This document shows positions 7,544-12,478 of a stretch of 12,478 bases of DNA, piece by piece; the stretch's first letter is position 1, and each line of letters starts with the position of its first letter. The stretch covers positions 1 through 12,478 of the forward strand of contig CAWVVV010000009.1 in assembly GCA_963933835.1 (NCBI GenBank), read 5' to 3'. The DNA comes from an uncultured Puniceicoccaceae bacterium (GTDB taxonomy: Bacteria > Verrucomicrobiota > Verrucomicrobiia > Opitutales > Oceanipulchritudinaceae). The position numbers and the translations under genes were made by a program. The notes beneath the pieces are model-generated. The model saw nothing but the letters and a program-made list of their open reading frames with translations, was not told where the DNA came from and searched no databases.

Positions 7544-8857
7544 ATGCATCGAAACGAGGTTGTTATGAAGACTTTTGCTTTGAGCTACGAAGAGGCTGAA
7601 CAAATCAGCCATAGAATGGGAACGCCGACTTATCTCTACGATGAGGGTATTTTGAAGGGCGCTGCTGAGCAGTTTCTGGAGATGCCGAATGCTTACGGTC
7701 TGACTGTTCGCTATGCGATGAAGGCGTCGCCAAACGCTTCGATTTTGAGGCTCTTTGAGTCGATGGGACTGTCTTTTGATGCCAGTACCGGTCACGAGGT
7801 TGAGCGTTTGTTGCATGCGGGTGTAGGCACGACTCATATTTCAATCTCGACGCAAGAATTGCCGGATAATTTTGCCGATTTTGTCGATCAGGGCGTCGAG
7901 TTGAATGCCTGTTCCCTCAATCAGCTCGAGAGATTTGGCCAGCGGCTTCCGGGGCGATCGGTCGGTATTCGTGTTAATCCGGGTCTGGGCTCAGGGGGAA
8001 CGAACAGAACAAACGTCGGCGGGCCGGGTTCGAGTTTTGGCATCTGGCACGAGTTCTTGCCGGATGTTTTGGCGATGGCTGAGAAGTATGACCTCACGAT
8101 TACGCGCGTGCACAGCCACATCGGCTCTGGGTCCGATCCTGCCGTTTGGGAGCGTGCAGCCTCTCTGACGCTCGATCTCGTTCGCCAGATCCCGACTGTA
8201 GATACGGTCAATCTGGGCGGCGGCTTCAAGGTGGCGCGCATCGAGAGCGAAAAAACGACTGATCTTCAGCTCATCGGCGGAACCGTGAAGGCGCTTTTTG
8301 AAGCTTTCGCCAAAGACGATGGCCGAGAGCTGAAGTTGGAGATTGAACCGGGTACGATGCTCGTTGCTCGATCTTGTGTGATCTTGTCTAAGATCCAAGA
8401 CATCGTTACGACCGGCAGCGAAGGGTACACCTTTTATAAGCTCAACACAGGTATGACGGAGATTTTGCGTCCTTCGATGTATGGTGCGCAGCATACGTTT
8501 GATATTCTTGCGGACCGCGAGCTCGACGAGGAGCAGGAAGTGATTGTCGTCGGCCATTGTTGCGAGTCGGGAGATATTTTGACGCCTGCGCCTGGTGACC
8601 CCGAGGGACTGGCCCCACGCACGTTGCCTAAGGCGGAGATCGGTGATTTCTGCATTATACGTGACACGGGTGCGTATTGCTCAGCGATGTCGGCTAAGAA
8701 CTATAACTCTTTCCCAGAGGCGCCCGAGCTCCTTCGCGCCGAAAACGGCAGCTGGCAGATTATTCGGCGTCGGCAGGAGCTCATTCAGTTTCTAGAAAAC
8801 GAGGTCAATGAACACATGACACCTGAAATCGAGGACTTACGCCCGAGCTTTTCTTAG
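7544..8857 (+). CDS. lysA: Diaminopimelate decarboxylase
   Basis: Motifs GTPTYLYD, RYAMKA (PLP lysine), HSHIGSG, NLGGG, EIEPG, RPSMYG, CESGD and GAY...NYN. The start is ATG 7544 (GGAGG upstream) or ATG 7565 (GAGGT upstream). Confidence 0.93.
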   Translation: MHRNEVVMKTFALSYEEAEQISHRMGTPTYLYDEGILKGAAEQFLEMPNAYGLTVRYAMKASPNASILRLFESMGLSFDASTGHEVERLLHAGVGTTHISISTQELPDNFADFVDQGVELNACSLNQLERFGQRLPGRSVGIRVNPGLGSGGTNRTNVGGPGSSFGIWHEFLPDVLAMAEKYDLTITRVHSHIGSGSDPAVWERAASLTLDLVRQIPTVDTVNLGGGFKVARIESEKTTDLQLIGGTVKALFEAFAKDDGRELKLEIEPGTMLVARSCVILSKIQDIVTTGSEGYTFYKLNTGMTEILRPSMYGAQHTFDILADRELDEEQEVIVVGHCCESGDILTPAPGDPEGLAPRTLPKAEIGDFCIIRDTGAYCSAMSAKNYNSFPEAPELLRAENGSWQIIRRRQELIQFLENEVNEHMTPEIEDLRPSFS

Positions 8858-8860
8858 TCG

Positions 8861-10372
8861 ATGACTCATATCCCGTCGATCAATGGCCTTCAGCAGTTTC
8901 CGTTAGGCCACACCTTTTCAGGAAGCCCGCACAGCGTTTGTGTCAGCTTGCCCACGATGCGTGATGTCATCGGCTATGAAGAGAAGGAGCCGCGCGTCAT
9001 CAATGCGTTGCAGAGTGGATACCCACGGTTTTTTGAAAATCCGCTGGTTACGAAGCTCAGTCAGCATTTTTGCACATCGGCTGATTTGGGGGATTCGAAA
9101 CTTTTCCTGTGTGCAGACGGCACCGTTGCGAGCCGACTTCTTCTATATGCGGGGTCCGGGCGCCTTGAGGTTCTCACCGAAGGCTCCATCTATGGCGTCT
9201 CTATACCGACCGCTGATAGTTCGGCGTGCTTGAGGGCTAAGAACTACTTGAAGCGCTCTGGATGTGCCCTTTCATCGCGCGTTGCGGAAAAAGCACTGCT
9301 CGATCTTGGACTTATTAACGCCCTCTTTGAGGAGAGGCGCTTTGATCGAGACGCTGAGGCGGAGGTATTGAGCGCGCTGAGTCCGATCCTGAGGGTGGAC
9401 TCTGCGTGGATGATGATGGCGAGTTCAGGCATGAACGCCTTCTTTGCCACTTATCAAGCAATTAGCTCGATGGCTCGCCTCCAAGGGCGTCGGCGGTGGG
9501 TTAGGCTTGGGTGGCTCTATGTCGATACGATGGATATTATCGACCAAATGGGTGATAACGAGCAGCCCGCGATCGTCTGGGAAGATTTGAATGACCTTGA
9601 TGGTCTGCGTAAGCACCTGAGCCCGATGGCTGAAGAAATAGCAGGGATCATTGTGGAGGTCCCGACGAATCCATTTTTTGAGCACGTCGATATGGATGAA
9701 CTAGTTCGGCTCGCAAAGGAGATTGGAGCTCGGTTGGTCGTCGACCCGAGTTTGGTCAGTATCTGGAACGCGCCTGACTGGGAAGGGGCGGATATCTTGG
9801 TTTCTAGCCTGACAAAATATGCTGCGGGCGCAGGCGATGTCCTTGGCGGAGTGCTTGCGGTCAATTCTAGTGCAGAAGAAGCTGGTGAGCTCAGGGCCGA
9901 GATCGAGAAATGGCTGACGCCCCTTGCTGCACCCGATTTGGCGCGATTGGCTGCTCAAGTAAGTGAGGCCCCTGAATTTGTTTCCCGAGTAAATGAGATA
10001 CTTCCTCAGGTCGTCGAATTCCTGCGTGGGCACACGCAGGTGGATCGTGTGTGGTGCCCAGATTTAGTGGATGTGGGCTCTTTTAAGGGCCCTGGAGCCG
10101 TTTGTTCGTTTACGGTTAAAGGTGAGATGCGGGCGTTTTATGATGCACTCGAGATGGCTAAGGGCCCCAGCTTTGGAACGAATTTCACCCTTATTTCGCC
10201 GTATATGTGGCTGGCTCACTATGGAATGATCATCCAGAGCAAGGCGTCTGTTGATGCACCCGCTGGTTGTGCAATAGATTATCAGGACTTGTTGAGGCTG
10301 TCTGTTGGACATGAGGGTGCGGAGGCAATTATCGCCGTCCTTGAGCGCGCTTTTGCTCTTACAGAAGGCTAG
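8861..10372 (+). CDS. PLP-dependent Cys/Met metabolism enzyme, cystathionine gamma-synthase-like (long Str2-type)
   Basis: 503 aa with SSGMNA, EVPTNP, LVVDPS, SLTKYAAGAGDVLGG (PLP lysine), KGPSFGTNFTL and LLRLSVG. The N-terminal extension reads SLPTM..VIGYEE...SGYPRF. It starts 3 nt after the lysA stop, suggesting an operon. Confidence 0.82.
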   Translation: MTHIPSINGLQQFPLGHTFSGSPHSVCVSLPTMRDVIGYEEKEPRVINALQSGYPRFFENPLVTKLSQHFCTSADLGDSKLFLCADGTVASRLLLYAGSGRLEVLTEGSIYGVSIPTADSSACLRAKNYLKRSGCALSSRVAEKALLDLGLINALFEERRFDRDAEAEVLSALSPILRVDSAWMMMASSGMNAFFATYQAISSMARLQGRRRWVRLGWLYVDTMDIIDQMGDNEQPAIVWEDLNDLDGLRKHLSPMAEEIAGIIVEVPTNPFFEHVDMDELVRLAKEIGARLVVDPSLVSIWNAPDWEGADILVSSLTKYAAGAGDVLGGVLAVNSSAEEAGELRAEIEKWLTPLAAPDLARLAAQVSEAPEFVSRVNEILPQVVEFLRGHTQVDRVWCPDLVDVGSFKGPGAVCSFTVKGEMRAFYDALEMAKGPSFGTNFTLISPYMWLAHYGMIIQSKASVDAPAGCAIDYQDLLRLSVGHEGAEAIIAVLERAFALTEG

Positions 10373-10673
10373 GTCTACAAATATACGGCCTGTGGTCGGT
10401 CGCATTATTCGCCGGGCGTGTAGTAGGAATATGGATACGGAAACGCGATCTAGGCCTGCCATTCCGTTGCTGAATCAAATGGACTCGGCGTCTTTATGAT
10501 CTCGGGCCAGGTGCCTAGAGTGTGGATTTGAGGGTAGGGCGCGATCTGTGGTGAGCGTGTAACGTAGACTGTGACTCATGTACTTGAAATTCAAGAGTGG
10601 TTGCCGTTCCAGTGCCGTGTCGGAGTGAATAATATGGCTACACAACCTATTGTATGTCAAGGGATTAAGATTA

Positions 10674-10762
10674 TTTTGAGATTTTCCTCAAAAAGGCTTG
10701 TCCTCTGCCAGAAAGGCGTTTGCCTCTTGCCTCCTTTCCTCGTGGAAAGACGTTCTTTAAGA
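10674..10762 (+). promoter_or_regulatory. Putative rrn P1 unit: AT-rich inverted repeat, -35-like TTGTCC, hairpin, boxA-like
   Basis: TTTTGAG-n6-CTCAAAA at 10674-10693; TTGTCC at 10698-10703; hairpin CTTTCC-tcgt-GGAAAG at 10734-10749; CGTTCTTTAAGA at 10751-10762. No clear -10 element. Confidence 0.45.
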
Positions 10763-10842
10763 CTTTTAGTTTTGTGAGATTCAGATGCGTGGCCTGAAAG
10801 CAATTTTAAGCCGTGGTTTCTAAGCGCAAAAAGCCAGAATTT

Positions 10843-10942
10843 GGTTTTTTGAAAAATAGTTTCACAAACCTCTTGACCGGCCGGAAACCTTCCGATGTGG
10901 TTAGAGTCTTTCGCCCATCAAAAGGCGATGAGTTCTTTGAAA
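10843..10942 (+). promoter_or_regulatory. Putative rrn P2 unit: AT-rich inverted repeat, -35-like TTGACC, boxB-like hairpin, boxA antiterminator
   Basis: Imperfect inverted repeat at 10843-10870; TTGACC at 10873-10878; hairpin TCGCC-n8-GGCGA at 10911-10928; AGTTCTTTGAAA at 10931-10942, about 120 nt upstream of 16S. Confidence 0.55.
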
Positions 10943-11062
10943 GTTACTTTGTACGATTGAGATGGTCATATGACCGTTCAATTCTTTGCAGTAAATAAAG
11001 TAGTCCAGATTGTTCATATAAATCAGTCTTACTACTTCGTAAAACCGCTACTTAGGTAGCAT

Positions 11063-12478
<1,416 letters not shown>

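Noticed and set aside
3739..10462. Small ORFs nested in or antisense to the main genes (e.g. 7991-8557, 5369-5698, 10064-10462)
   Set aside because: They overlap well-supported genes and have no family motifs.
10373..10470. Intrinsic terminator after the lysA-CGS operon
   Set aside because: Only weak hairpins are present, with no U-tract.
10583..10595. Palindrome CTTGAA-A-TTCAAG as a regulator binding site
   Set aside because: It is a single short instance that I cannot assign to a regulator, and it is compatible with chance.
10475..10998. 61-68 aa ORFs in the rRNA upstream region
   Set aside because: They have non-ATG starts and no motifs, and they overlap promoter/leader elements.

Overview
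Bacterial window, most likely from Verrucomicrobiota (Opitutae-like, judged from 16S signatures). The left ~7.4 kb is a minus-strand surface-polysaccharide locus with four genes: a GtrII-like membrane glycosyltransferase; a GT2 glycosyltransferase; a HAD-phosphatase + phosphoribosyltransferase-like protein (probable PRPP-dependent ribofuranosyltransferase); and a >1136-aa ORF (3410 to <3) that the ORF track omits because it has no stop in the window. That long ORF fuses paralogues of the two preceding genes (GT2 + HAD + PRTase-like) to a long coiled coil ending in a 42-bp/14-aa (two-heptad) tandem repeat, a candidate length-variable molecular ruler for glycan chain length. The right part holds lysA, a Str2-like cystathionine gamma-synthase, an rRNA promoter/leader with two hairpin+boxA units, and a partial 16S rRNA gene. 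Functional calls rest on motifs read by hand; no database searches were run.
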